Positions 9,668 to 19,297 of a DNA stretch of 62,546 nt are shown here, one piece after another. The stretch's first letter is position 1; every line of letters starts with the position of its first letter. Below the pieces are notes generated by a model. That model saw only the letters and a program-made list of their open reading frames with translations. It was not told the DNA's origin and did no database searches. Source of the stretch: a virus (Duplodnaviria; Caudoviricetes); the IMG/VR virus record IMGVR_UViG_3300025013_000127, positions 1 to 62,546 of that record. One strand, 5' to 3'. A program made the position numbers and the translations under genes.

Positions 9668-10240
9668 CTATTGCTGGAACACCTTCCATGACATAGTGCG
9701 CTTCCTTGTGAGCTCGATGAATGCGATCGGATTTTGGGCTACGCAGGCTAGGAAGGAAAAGAACCATTTCGGCTGCTGGCGAAGCAGTTCTAGGGCTGTT
9801 GGGCCGCTAAGCTGGCTGTAAGCTACCAGCGCCAGGATTATCAGGGTCGGGAATATCATTAAGGTTACCAGGTTGATCGCGACCCAGCCAGCCTCTTTAT
9901 CTAAAACCAGCCTTTTTAGCCGTCCTAGCAGTTTCTTTTCCTCAGTGTATTTTAGAACCTCTCTCTGTGTCTCCTCATCCATGTCTTCAAGCACCTGGTC
10001 GATCAGTTTCACGACAGGGCTCGCCTTCCTCTTTTCTGTTAGCTCCTCGCCTGTTAGTAGCCAATCTAAGTTCACTCTTTCGTTTATTGCCCATTCAACG
10101 ACCACGGGCAAAAGGGTGCCTCTCTTCTTTCGGTTGCTGAAGTCTTGAGGCGAGATTCCAAGGGTTTTAGCAACATCCTTTTCGCTTCTCAGGCCCTTGA
10201 GTTTCATGATTTTATCTACCACTAAAACAAAGTTCACCAT
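9668..10240 (-). CDS. Phage CI-like HTH repressor with C-terminal hydrophobic extension
   Basis: KDVAKTLGISPQDFSNRKKRG...VNLDWLLTGE; divergent from ner. Confidence 0.85.
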   Translation of the reverse strand: MVNFVLVVDKIMKLKGLRSEKDVAKTLGISPQDFSNRKKRGTLLPVVVEWAINERVNLDWLLTGEELTEKRKASPVVKLIDQVLEDMDEETQREVLKYTEEKKLLGRLKRLVLDKEAGWVAINLVTLMIFPTLIILALVAYSQLSGPTALELLRQQPKWFFSFLACVAQNPIAFIELTRKRTMSWKVFQQ

Positions 10241-10255
10241 TCGTGTATTTTTCTC

Positions 10256-10283
10256 TTGATTAAATAAACGATTCGTTTATTAT
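10256..10283 (+). promoter_or_regulatory. Putative early promoter with palindromic operator
   Basis: TTGATT-16 nt-TATTAT, overlapping the perfect palindrome AATAAACGA-T-TCGTTTATT (10263-10281). Confidence 0.65.
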
Positions 10284-10516
10284 CGCGTTTATAAGTTTTA
10301 CTTCTAAGTTTCGGAAAGTCAAAAAAAGAAGATCAATCCTGGTCGGCGTCCTTGCAAGAGGAGTCGGCGAACTCGGGAAGACAATCGGTGACAGGCGGCT
10401 TCTTTGGCTTTCGATATTTTTTGATTAAAAATTTGGCAAGCAAGAACGTCCCAGTGACAGTGCCGGCACCAAGCGTTTCCCAAGCGGCTTCAGTAAAGCT
10501 TTTAGGAGGAAAGTTC

Positions 10517-10732
10517 ATGTCAAACCTCGTGAGAAATGTATTGCGATTAGTATTGGCGGCTATCGTGGGTAGTTTTTTGTGGGCCGCCATACTAATTGTC
10601 TGTGGCATTAACCGCTCATACGAACATTGGTGGCAGGATTTGATTGCCTTTATGGGTCCCTACTTCTACATGAAATCTCTGGAAAAGATTGCCGAACCAA
10701 TAGTTAAAGAAGCAGAAAAGGAGCTGTTATGA
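10517..10732 (+). CDS. Small membrane protein
   Basis: AGGAGG RBS; TM helix; stop overlaps the ner start. Confidence 0.65.
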   Translation: MSNLVRNVLRLVLAAIVGSFLWAAILIVCGINRSYEHWWQDLIAFMGPYFYMKSLEKIAEPIVKEAEKELL

Positions 10733-11037
10733 GTGCAAATCACAAGGCCCGTGCTGACTGGCATCCGGCTGACATCAAGGCTGCGCTGGCTAAGAAGGGG
10801 TACACCTTTGCCAGGGTTGCCCGAGAAAACGGGTATGTCCGGAACGCCCCTAACTCCGTACTGCATAAGCCCTGGTCACAGATTGAGCGGATAGTGGCCG
10901 AGATCATTGGGGTGCGTGCTGCCGAGATCTGGCCCAGCCGCTACGATCGGCGCGGCCGGCCGCTTAGGGAGCGGACTGCTAGGGTGACATGTAAGGACGG
11001 CAGGTTAGCAGAGATGAAGGTTGTTCGCAACGGCTAA
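10729..11037 (+). CDS. ner: Ner-family transcriptional regulator
   Basis: DWHPADIKAAL...EIWPSRY. Confidence 0.92.
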   Translation: MSANHKARADWHPADIKAALAKKGYTFARVARENGYVRNAPNSVLHKPWSQIERIVAEIIGVRAAEIWPSRYDRRGRPLRERTARVTCKDGRLAEMKVVRNG

Positions 11038-11057
11038 ATAGCTAATGGAGGCAGGTT

Positions 11058-11249
11058 ATGAGTGCGAAAGAGCTGGCGGAACGGGAGCAGGCGGTGCGGT
11101 ACGGTATTGAGTCGTTGTCGAAGAACTTCTGTATGCAGAAATGGTATGCCTTGCTGGCGCTGCGCACTGTTTGTTTCCACTTGGGCCTGGTCGAACTCCA
11201 CGCGGAGATCAACGTATTACTGAAAGACTCGTTGGAGGTGCCTAAATGA
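11058..11249 (+). CDS. Hypothetical protein
   Basis: GGAGG RBS; overlaps the next start. Confidence 0.55.
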   Translation: MSAKELAEREQAVRYGIESLSKNFCMQKWYALLALRTVCFHLGLVELHAEINVLLKDSLEVPK

Positions 11250-11542
11250 CTAGAAAGACTTACAACGCCGTTCAGTCGAATTACAAGTTCATCGACATTA
11301 TGGAGTTCCTGCATCAGCAGATGGGGCCGGTTTCCGGGACCGCGATCGCGAAGGCGCTGGATCTGCCTCACGGGACGGTGATGAGCCATCTGCAGCCGGC
11401 GATCGAGCGCAAGTGGGTGCGGGTGACCGGGGAGCTGTTCGAGGCGGGCGGCCGTATCAGTGGGCTGTACGCGGCTTATCTACAGGGGCTGAAGGATCGG
11501 AAGGTTTGCATCGAACGTGAAATTACAACACTGGAGGTTTGA
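11246..11542 (+). CDS. IclR-like winged HTH protein
   Basis: VSGTAIAKALDLPHGTVMSHL. Confidence 0.7.
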   Translation: MTRKTYNAVQSNYKFIDIMEFLHQQMGPVSGTAIAKALDLPHGTVMSHLQPAIERKWVRVTGELFEAGGRISGLYAAYLQGLKDRKVCIEREITTLEV

Positions 11543-11543
11543 G

Positions 11544-12467
11544 ATGGGCGGCAAGAGAGTTCGGGATTTGGAGGTGGTGAGCGATCAGGCTGTTTTGGAT
11601 ACAGCCAACCGCCAGGAGCGCGTTACGGGATTGGAGATCGCCACTCTCCAGCATGAGCGCGAGGTGGAGGACAACCGGGCGGTGGAGCAGGTTGAGAGGG
11701 AAAAGCGGATCGCGGAGTGTCACGAGGTTATCGGCCGTATCCAGGGCGTCAAGATGGTGGCCGATTTCGCCAACGTTGGCGGTTTGCTCTGGATCAAGCA
11801 GGTAAGGGAAACCAAGATCTATAAGGATCTTCCCAACGTCGGGACTTGGGATAAGTTCTGTAAATATATAGGTTCATCGAGACAGAAGGTGGAGCTTGAC
11901 CTTGATAATCTGGCGATTTTTGGCGAAGCATTTACGACAACGGTTGGCGCTTTTGGCGTCGGCTACCGGGATTTGCGCAAGTTGCGCCAACTCGCTATTG
12001 ACGGCTCGGTGATCATCGACGCGGAGTGCATCACCATCGGGGAGGAGACTATCCCGATCAACGAGGAGCATGCCGAGGATCTGCAGATGGCGATCGAGCG
12101 GGTCCTGGAGAGCCGGACCAAGCTGACCGAGCGGGTGGAGAGGCTGGAGAAGGACGTGAAGGGCGTGGTTGATGAGGAGACCAAGGGGCTTAAGGCTGAG
12201 GTCAAGGCGCTGGTGAAGGAGGTGCGCAGGCTTAAGCCGTTTGACCCGGAGGAGAGGGATATCTCTTTCGCTACCGAGCAACTGGAGGGGATCAAGGATG
12301 CGGTGCTCTCCTCGGTGGCTCTGATATCGAGCTTTATTGTGGATGAAAGGGTCCAACAGGAACCGATCATCATGGGTCAGGTTGAGGGGCATTTGCAGAC
12401 TATCGAGCTTGCTCTCTCCGATCTCCGCACCCGCTGGGAAAGGGCCGTTAATCTCTTCGAGGCGTGA
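11544..12467 (+). CDS. Mu-like early protein (DUF3102-like, coiled coil)
   Basis: Located directly before the transposase; TWDKFC motif; coiled-coil C-terminal half. Confidence 0.6.
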   Translation: MGGKRVRDLEVVSDQAVLDTANRQERVTGLEIATLQHEREVEDNRAVEQVEREKRIAECHEVIGRIQGVKMVADFANVGGLLWIKQVRETKIYKDLPNVGTWDKFCKYIGSSRQKVELDLDNLAIFGEAFTTTVGAFGVGYRDLRKLRQLAIDGSVIIDAECITIGEETIPINEEHAEDLQMAIERVLESRTKLTERVERLEKDVKGVVDEETKGLKAEVKALVKEVRRLKPFDPEERDISFATEQLEGIKDAVLSSVALISSFIVDERVQQEPIIMGQVEGHLQTIELALSDLRTRWERAVNLFEA

Positions 12468-12468
12468 C

Positions 12469-14067
12469 ATGGCAAAAGCGATCGATCCGGCCGTGCTGGC
12501 CATGATGAATGCTGATCTCGCTGCTTCCCCAAAGGGCGGCCGCACTAGGGTGGTGGCTGATTGGGCTGAGCGCCTCGGTATGAGCTACCAGACGCTGTAC
12601 CGCTCGATTCCGGCCAGCGGTAAGCGGACCGGCAAAAAGCGGGAGGGTAAACGCCAGATCGAGGATATCGAGAAGGCTGCGCTCCTGGTTGCCCAGGTGA
12701 AGAATCGGCCGCCTGAACACCGCGGACAGATCACGACGAAGGATGCGGTGCAGATCGCCGTGGCTAATGGGCTGATCCCCCTAGGGATGGCGCATGTGGC
12801 GACTTTCGACCGGGTGATCAGGGAGATCGGCGCGAACAAACAGCGCCGCCGGATCGAGCGTTTTCAGGCAGACCGCCCCAACGAGATGCACCATGTGGAT
12901 GCGTCGTCTTCCAACTGTTTCTATGTGCACCGGGAACTCCCCGGTGGTGATTTCATGCTCCGGATCTACGGGGGCACTAAGGATTACAAGAACAAGCCGG
13001 TGCCGATCCGGCTGCGCCCGTGGATCTACGGGGTTGTGGATGATTATTCGGGGTTCCATGTGGCGCGTTATATCGCGGCCCTGGGCGAGAGCGCGGGAGA
13101 TAACTTGGACTTCCTTTGTTGGGCCTGGTCACAGAACGCTGACAAGGAGCTTTTCGGTCTACCGGAAAAGATCAAGGGCGACCACGGGCCGATGATGAGC
13201 TCGGACGGGATCCCGGAGTGGTTCGAGCGGTTGGGGATCGAGATTGCCCCTTCGGAGGTGCTGAACAAGGATGCTCACGGCAAGATCGAGCGCCCCTGGC
13301 GGACCATGTGGCAGCGTTTCGAACTGCCCTTCTTTGCCGAGAGCGACTGGAAGAAATTCGAGATTCCGCTGTCGGAGCTGAATGAGCGTTTCCGGCGCTA
13401 CCAGCGGGATTACAACGAGATGAAGCACCGCTACGAGCGCACAATCAGCCGGCGCCAGGCGTGGCTCAAGATCAACCAGTATGGCGGCGCGATCGGTTTG
13501 CCTGAGGACGCGATCAAGACAGTGGTCAAGCGTTGGTCGCGCAAGGTTGGCCAGGACGGCTGCTTCTCCCTGGACAACGTGATTTACGAGGTCAAAGGGC
13601 TGCACGACGCATGGGTCTGGGTCTATCAGGGGATGTTCGAGAACAAGACGGTGGTGGTGTCCCAGGCGACGGGCGAGAAGTACGAGGTTGAGGACTTCAC
13701 GCCGAACAGGTTGGGCGAGTATTCGGAGGCTCCGGAGAGCGGTTATCAGCAGGTACGCAAGGCGGCTGTGGAGCTGCAAGGGCTGAAGAATACGCTTTAT
13801 ACGGAGGACAGGGCGGCGCCGGTGAATGTGCTGCAGATTCCTACCAGGGTTAAGGAGGTGAAACCGCTGCAAAACCCGCTCGATTTGGATTCTTACTGCT
13901 CGCTGAAGGAGGCGCTTGCCGACTTCCAGTGTTTGTCAGGGGTCATCCTGGAAGAGGGAAACAGTGAGGAGGTGGCTGCGCTCATTCGGGAAAACGGATT
14001 GTCGCGGCGGTATGTGATCGGCTTGGCGGCAGAAGTACAGGCAGAACAGGCAAGTGTAGCGATTTGA
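12469..14067 (+). CDS. DDE transposase (MuA-like)
   Basis: N-terminal HTH; HHVDAS, VDDYSG, GDHGP, GKIERPW catalytic motifs. Confidence 0.9.
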   Translation: MAKAIDPAVLAMMNADLAASPKGGRTRVVADWAERLGMSYQTLYRSIPASGKRTGKKREGKRQIEDIEKAALLVAQVKNRPPEHRGQITTKDAVQIAVANGLIPLGMAHVATFDRVIREIGANKQRRRIERFQADRPNEMHHVDASSSNCFYVHRELPGGDFMLRIYGGTKDYKNKPVPIRLRPWIYGVVDDYSGFHVARYIAALGESAGDNLDFLCWAWSQNADKELFGLPEKIKGDHGPMMSSDGIPEWFERLGIEIAPSEVLNKDAHGKIERPWRTMWQRFELPFFAESDWKKFEIPLSELNERFRRYQRDYNEMKHRYERTISRRQAWLKINQYGGAIGLPEDAIKTVVKRWSRKVGQDGCFSLDNVIYEVKGLHDAWVWVYQGMFENKTVVVSQATGEKYEVEDFTPNRLGEYSEAPESGYQQVRKAAVELQGLKNTLYTEDRAAPVNVLQIPTRVKEVKPLQNPLDLDSYCSLKEALADFQCLSGVILEEGNSEEVAALIRENGLSRRYVIGLAAEVQAEQASVAI

Positions 14068-14126
14068 TGGCGCGGCCCCCATGGCGGCAACCATGAGGGC
14101 CCTAAACGGGAGGAAAGGAGAACAGT

Positions 14127-15020
14127 ATGGATATGTCACGATTGGAACTTTTTTGCAACCTCGGATACAAGGTCGACCCGCTCAAGGGGCATAACTTCGA
14201 GACCGGGGACAGCCTCAGGGTGCGGCGGATCCTGACTATGGCGGTGGAATCGAACGCCATGGTGAGCATCGTTGGCGAGCGAGGGTTCGGCAAGACTGAG
14301 GCAGTCAAGGCGGCGCTGCGCAAGATCGGCGCCAAGGTGGTCATGGTTGCCAAATTGGACAAGAGCGCGGTGAAGATCGGCGACATAGAACGCGCCCTGG
14401 TCCTCGACTTGAGCCAGGAGCTTCCTAAGTCTAACGGGGAGATCCGCGCCAGGCAGCTCCGCCCCATTATCGGGGAGTCCGGGAAGAAGCGGAAGGTCGT
14501 TTTGCTGATCGAAGAGGCCCAGCGGATGCACTCCGCCACCCTGAAGAGTCTGAAAACGCTCCGAGAGATCGACTGGTGGGGAGAGCGCGAGCTTTTCACC
14601 ATCGTCCTGGTGGCGCAGAGCGACCCGATGGCCCGGGCGGGGGTCTCGGAGGTGGCGCTTCGCTCCGACACCGTCCGCATGCAGGGGCTTTCCAGCCAGG
14701 AGGCGGCGTCGTACATAAAGGCCACCGTCGGCCGGCACTTCGAAGAGGAGGCCCTCCAGGCCATGGGGGAATTCCCAGAGGCGGCAAACTGGCTGGAACT
14801 GCAGGCGCTGATCGTCCGGGTCCTGAACCGTGCCGTGGCCGATGGACGGAAAGAGGTAACCCTCCAGGACGTGCTCCAGGTGGCTGAGCAGAGCGTTTCG
14901 GCACTGCCGAAGAGCCTGGCTAAGGCCGCGGCGGCTCCGATCTCCGGCAAGCAGGCGCTGGCGAGCGTGCTGAACCGCAAGAGCGGCAAGGATGATGAGA
15001 AGGAGGCCGCCGCATGCTGA
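14127..15020 (+). CDS. AAA+ ATPase (MuB/ExeA-like)
   Basis: Walker A GERGFGKT; Walker B LLIEEAQ. Confidence 0.9.
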   Translation: MDMSRLELFCNLGYKVDPLKGHNFETGDSLRVRRILTMAVESNAMVSIVGERGFGKTEAVKAALRKIGAKVVMVAKLDKSAVKIGDIERALVLDLSQELPKSNGEIRARQLRPIIGESGKKRKVVLLIEEAQRMHSATLKSLKTLREIDWWGERELFTIVLVAQSDPMARAGVSEVALRSDTVRMQGLSSQEAASYIKATVGRHFEEEALQAMGEFPEAANWLELQALIVRVLNRAVADGRKEVTLQDVLQVAEQSVSALPKSLAKAAAAPISGKQALASVLNRKSGKDDEKEAAAC

Positions 15021-15496
15021 GACTCAAGGCTGCAATGAAGGATTGCGGGCTCGCCCAGGCGGAGCTGGTGCGCTTCACCGGTTACAGCAAGGCTTTGGTG
15101 TCCAGGGCGCTCAGTAACGGCGAGTTGCCGGTTGATTTCGACCGGTTTTATGCGGGGGTGACCGGGTATGTGGAGTCCCGGGAGTCGCTTGGCGACTGGC
15201 TCCGGCAGCGGGGTTTGATGGTGTCGGCGCTTTTCGAGGTGATCGGCGAAGACGGCCGGGAGATCTCGGTCCGGCGCACGGTGCCGCGCAACCTGCCGGT
15301 TGAGATCGATGTCGCGATCTTCGGCATCGCGGGTCGGGCGGTGACTCGCGGTGTCCCCCAGGAGGAGACGGTTTCCATTGCGAAGGTGGCGCTTTTCCTG
15401 CTGGAGCAGTTGCGCAATCAGCCTATGAGCATGGATGAGCTGGGGGAGATCGAGGTGGCTGCTGGGCGGCTTTTGCAGGCCGGTGCGGGCTCATGA
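15014..15496 (+). CDS. HTH protein
   Basis: GLAQAELVRFTGYSKALVSRAL. Confidence 0.65.
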   Translation: MLRLKAAMKDCGLAQAELVRFTGYSKALVSRALSNGELPVDFDRFYAGVTGYVESRESLGDWLRQRGLMVSALFEVIGEDGREISVRRTVPRNLPVEIDVAIFGIAGRAVTRGVPQEETVSIAKVALFLLEQLRNQPMSMDELGEIEVAAGRLLQAGAGS

Positions 15497-15741
15497 AGCT
15501 GCTCGCGATCGGGACACATGTGAAGCCTGGCGCGGCGACGTTAATCATGGGAGGGGCTGCTATGTTGAAGGGTGGGCACGAGAGGCTGAAGATCTGGTTT
15601 CGCAAGCATGTCAACTACAGGGGCCCCCGGAAACAGTCGGATTATCGGGCGGTGAAAAAGGCGCAACGGCTGATCTATTTCGGGGGGATGGTGGACGGCA
15701 GGATGACTGGGTGTCCGCTCCTGGAGAGGGGTGGCAAGTGA
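15493..15741 (+). CDS. Hypothetical protein
   Basis: Overlaps the upstream stop; start uncertain. Confidence 0.4.
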   Translation: MKLLAIGTHVKPGAATLIMGGAAMLKGGHERLKIWFRKHVNYRGPRKQSDYRAVKKAQRLIYFGGMVDGRMTGCPLLERGGK

Positions 15742-15776
15742 ACGCGGTGGACAAACAAAATGGAAAGGAGAAGGGG

Positions 15777-16634
15777 ATGAATTTTTACAGTTATTCGGAT
15801 GTAGGCGGCATGCAGTATCACACGACCGGCAAGGAGGCCAAGGAAGCGGCGGACCAGGGAATCCGTACTTTCGTGCACAATGGTGTCACCGATGCTGAGG
15901 TGCTGGGGCGTATCACCTGGGGCGAGGTTACTGAGCGGGCTGCTTCTCCGGCCGGGGTGGGTTGGGTGCTGAAAAACAGCCTGCGTCTTGCTTACGAGGC
16001 GGAGTTCCCGCAGGTGGTGGACGGTAGGATGAAGAACGGCAATGACGACCTTGTGCTAGTCAGAAACATCCACGAGACGGAGCTGCTCTATCACGACCTG
16101 GTGCTGGGGGTCGCGGTGATCTGGAAAAGCCTGGCCGGCAAGATCGAGCGCTTCAAGGGGTACAACTTCCGGGACGTCCAGACGGTGCTGGCGCTCTTGA
16201 ATGAGAAACACGGGATCAAGCGCGGCGGGAAGGAAGGCAACATGTCCTTCTTCACCATCGACAAAAAGTTCAAGCTGATCATCGCGATCCAGAAGAAGCT
16301 CGACTTCGGGCCGGAGCTGCAGATGGCGGAAAAGAAGCTGGGCGAGGCGCTGGACGATATGGCGGCCTCCAACGGCAACGAGGAGCTGGACAGTAATGCG
16401 GCGGATCTCCGCACGCTCCTCTCGGCCGCATTCAAGCTGGTCGACGGAAAGATCCGGGTCAGCGAGGTGCTGAGGCTCAGGGGCTTCAAGATCACCAATC
16501 CGCTCTGGAATGAGGGGATGGATATCGTTGACGCGGCGCTGATCGTGACGAGCAAGAAGCGGCAGATCCGGCTCTACGAGAGGAATGAGACCGGCGCTTA
16601 CGTGGCTATACCGCTGGATATCGCGGCGCTGTAA
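15777..16634 (+). CDS. DUF3164-like Mu-type phage protein with N-terminal extension
   Basis: GGKEGN, FGPELQMA, YVAIPLDIAAL C-terminus. Confidence 0.8.
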   Translation: MNFYSYSDVGGMQYHTTGKEAKEAADQGIRTFVHNGVTDAEVLGRITWGEVTERAASPAGVGWVLKNSLRLAYEAEFPQVVDGRMKNGNDDLVLVRNIHETELLYHDLVLGVAVIWKSLAGKIERFKGYNFRDVQTVLALLNEKHGIKRGGKEGNMSFFTIDKKFKLIIAIQKKLDFGPELQMAEKKLGEALDDMAASNGNEELDSNAADLRTLLSAAFKLVDGKIRVSEVLRLRGFKITNPLWNEGMDIVDAALIVTSKKRQIRLYERNETGAYVAIPLDIAAL

Positions 16635-16644
16635 AGGGGGCATC

Positions 16645-16938
16645 GTGTTTACTGAAAACGTTAGTTTTAAGGTGTCGGAACGGGACCGGATGTTGATTAC
16701 GGTTATCGTAGAGAGAGCCATACTGGAAGGCCTTTACCGCCGGACAAATGCGAGGGAGCTTAGCATGGATATCACGGCCGTGCATGCCAACGGGTGCCCC
16801 CTTGATTTGCCCAAGCTTGCTGTTGCTAGAATAAGTGATTTCTCCCACGATCTGGTGGGAATCAACGCGTACATAGACTGTAGAACTGGGGGGTTGAAAA
16901 ACGGCTTCTCACCTCGCGCGGCGCGGCACGATGTTTGA
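16645..16938 (+). CDS. Conserved phage protein (DUF6874-like)
   Basis: MDITAVHANGCPLDL...FSHDLVGI...FSPR. Confidence 0.65.
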   Translation: MFTENVSFKVSERDRMLITVIVERAILEGLYRRTNARELSMDITAVHANGCPLDLPKLAVARISDFSHDLVGINAYIDCRTGGLKNGFSPRAARHDV

Positions 16939-16951
16939 CCAGTGAACGCAT

Positions 16952-16979
16952 AGGGCGGAGCCTGGCTCCGCCCCTTATT
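16952..16979 (+). terminator. GC hairpin, possible terminator
   Basis: GGGCGGAGC-ctg-GCTCCGCCC followed by a weak T tract. Confidence 0.45.
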
Positions 16980-17008
16980 CCAATCGTTAAATTACTCAGG
17001 GGGATATC

Positions 17009-17329
17009 TTGCGAAATTCTTTCGATTTGAGCAAAGAGGAACTGGATGCAACGGTGAATGCTTTGTTTGAGAGGCTTAAGGGCTTTGATTCTCAGGCGCT
17101 GGCAATGGGGCTGGCAAATGTGGTTGTCGGGGTCGGATTTACCGATGTCATTATCGAGAAAGTGTTTGAGGAGGTAAAGGCGAACTCCTCGATCGCACGT
17201 AAGAACCGGCAGATCAAGACCCGAAACAACAAGCTTGCCCGGCTGAAGGTCTTGCATGCCAAGAAGAAGCTTACCGCGGTTGAGCGTGCTGAGGCTAACA
17301 AGTTGATAAAGGATCTGGGGCTGTTTTAG
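17009..17329 (+). CDS. Hypothetical protein
   Basis: 106-aa ORF with AGGGGG RBS. Confidence 0.6.
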   Translation: MRNSFDLSKEELDATVNALFERLKGFDSQALAMGLANVVVGVGFTDVIIEKVFEEVKANSSIARKNRQIKTRNNKLARLKVLHAKKKLTAVERAEANKLIKDLGLF

Positions 17330-17368
17330 GGCTGATTGCTGATTTGCCGGACTGATCAGGAGGGGATT

Positions 17369-17656
17369 ATGGATCACACGAAAGGAACTATCCATTACGC
17401 GCTTTACCGGAACAGTGAGCGGCTGCAGCGGTTTCTGGCGCTGATGCTGGACGGCAAGGAGCGCTCTACGATGGAGATCATTAGGGGTGCCAATATCTGT
17501 GCGGTCTCCTCAGCGGCTTGCGAGCTGCGGGAGAACGGGTTCCGCTGCGAGTGCGTCAAGAAGACTTCTCCGGCTTTCTACCGGCTGTTCGACATCGAGG
17601 AGGCTAAGGCGCTCTCGGCCCGCTTGCTTGCTCCCCGGGAGGTGGCCAATGGGTAG
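17369..17656 (+). CDS. Winged HTH protein
   Basis: STMEIIRGANICAVSSAACELRENG. Confidence 0.6.
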   Translation: MDHTKGTIHYALYRNSERLQRFLALMLDGKERSTMEIIRGANICAVSSAACELRENGFRCECVKKTSPAFYRLFDIEEAKALSARLLAPREVANG

Positions 17657-17822
17657 AATGGTGAAGAATCCCAGGTACCAGGTGTTCACTTTCCGCACGG
17701 ATGATGGGATGGCGGAGACGATCCGGACGGCGGCTAAGGGGCATTTGTCGGTTAGCGAGTTCCTCCGGGAGGCGGCTATTTGGTGGGCTGAGCGCCTGAA
17801 GGAGGGGACGGATGAAAGGTAA
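17649..17822 (+). CDS. Small ribbon-helix-helix-like protein
   Basis: VFTFRTDD...SVSEFLREA. Confidence 0.55.
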   Translation: MGRMVKNPRYQVFTFRTDDGMAETIRTAAKGHLSVSEFLREAAIWWAERLKEGTDER

Positions 17823-18069
17823 ACCTGCCAGCTATGTTGAAGTCGTGGGGGAGTGTTCCGTTCATGGGCGCTTCCAGGTGCGGCGAAAGCCGAATAAGTA
17901 TCGGTCTGATGCCGGCGGGGCTCAGGACGGCCTCTATTGCGCGGTGAAGTGTCCCGTGTGTCCTTTCTATGCAACCATTGTGAGCCAGGTGCTGGTATCG
18001 CCTGATAGGGCGAAGGGAGCTGATTCTCAAGAGAGCATGCTGTTGCCGCTGGAGGTAACGAATGCTTGA
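17812..18069 (+). CDS. Small Cys-rich hypothetical protein
   Basis: CSVH and CPVCP motifs; RBS present. Confidence 0.55.
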   Translation: MKGKPASYVEVVGECSVHGRFQVRRKPNKYRSDAGGAQDGLYCAVKCPVCPFYATIVSQVLVSPDRAKGADSQESMLLPLEVTNA

Positions 18070-18252
18070 GCCGCTTACGACTTTGGAGGCTTGCCAAAGG
18101 AGGGAAATCCGAATGCTCTCCGAGGAAAATATGGATTTAAAGATCTTGAACGCACAGCAGTTGGGCGAGATGCACAGGCTTCGGGCGACGATCGAGGAGC
18201 TCCAGGCTCTGACTGCCAGGGTGGCGGCTTAATATTGAACGGGGGTGGGCTT

Positions 18253-18831
18253 ATGTTGAAACAGTGCAGCTATCGCAAGTTTAAGGATCTTCCGATCAAC
18301 GGCAAGCAGAAGACGGTCATCAAGATGGCTTGCGCGAAGATCGGGATCGATCGCGAGACCGAGCACGACATGCTCGAGGAGCGCTTCGGTGTACGGTCTT
18401 GCACCAAGCTCTCTTTCAACCAGGCCAGCGAGTTCATCAAGGAGCTGGAGGGTAAGGGCTTTACGCTGCTCCCCGGGAAAAAGCCTGCCAAGGTTGCCCC
18501 GGCTAAGCCGTCCCGCAAGCCGATCAGCCGGACGGATGACAAGATCGTGGGCTTGGCCACCAGGGGCGAGCTGGAAAAGGTGGACCAGGTGGCGCAGCTG
18601 ATCAAGTGGCGCGAGGAGAACGGCTTGATGCTCTTCCTTGAGATCCGGATGGGGATCAAGGGCGGCAGGATCCGGACGTCCAGGGAGGCTTACCTCGCCA
18701 TCGAGGGGCTGAAAAAGATGTTCGAGAACGGGATGAAAAAGGCGTACGGCGAGGGTTGGTGGATCATGCCCTACACCGATCAGGGAATCACTGAGTACAT
18801 CCGGATGCATAAACCGGCTGAGTGGAGGTAG
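18253..18831 (+). CDS. GemA/gp16 (DUF1018)-like protein
   Basis: IKMACAKIGID...SCTKLS...IKELEGKGF...AIEGLKKM. Confidence 0.75.
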   Translation: MLKQCSYRKFKDLPINGKQKTVIKMACAKIGIDRETEHDMLEERFGVRSCTKLSFNQASEFIKELEGKGFTLLPGKKPAKVAPAKPSRKPISRTDDKIVGLATRGELEKVDQVAQLIKWREENGLMLFLEIRMGIKGGRIRTSREAYLAIEGLKKMFENGMKKAYGEGWWIMPYTDQGITEYIRMHKPAEWR

Positions 18832-18988
18832 GGGTGGATTCGGGTCATGTTGTTATCGTCTGCCTTTTCTTGATCGCCGCCCTCTCCTACTCGTTCCGTG
18901 ATGGCTCTGATCCCTTCACGGCTGCATGTTTCATCAGTGCCTTGATCCTGGTCGGCAAGGCTTGGGCCTGGCTATTTGGAGGTAGCTC

Positions 18989-19297
18989 TTGAGTGCTGAG
19001 GATAAGCTGAGGGGGATGATCGCAGCGGCGGGCTTGCCGATGCGGGGGAGCTACCGGTCGAGCGAGGTGCGCACTCTCCTCGGCATCAGCGAGGCTTCGT
19101 TTTGGCGTTTGGTCAACCGCTGCGAAAAGGGGGAGGACGGCAGTCTGGTTCATCCGGATTGCCTTGATTCGTTTTCGCTGAAACGGGAACGCCGGGTTTG
19201 CTACACGGAGCTGGTGGCTTTCTTGACCAGGAATAACAGCTACACCAGGCAGCATGCGGTTGATCCTAAGCAGATGGGGCTTTTCGAGGAGGGGTGA
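18989..19297 (+). CDS. HTH DNA-binding protein (candidate late regulator)
   Basis: YRSSEVRTLLGISEASFWRL; located where Mor/C sits in Mu-like phages. Confidence 0.6.
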   Translation: MSAEDKLRGMIAAAGLPMRGSYRSSEVRTLLGISEASFWRLVNRCEKGEDGSLVHPDCLDSFSLKRERRVCYTELVAFLTRNNSYTRQHAVDPKQMGLFEEG

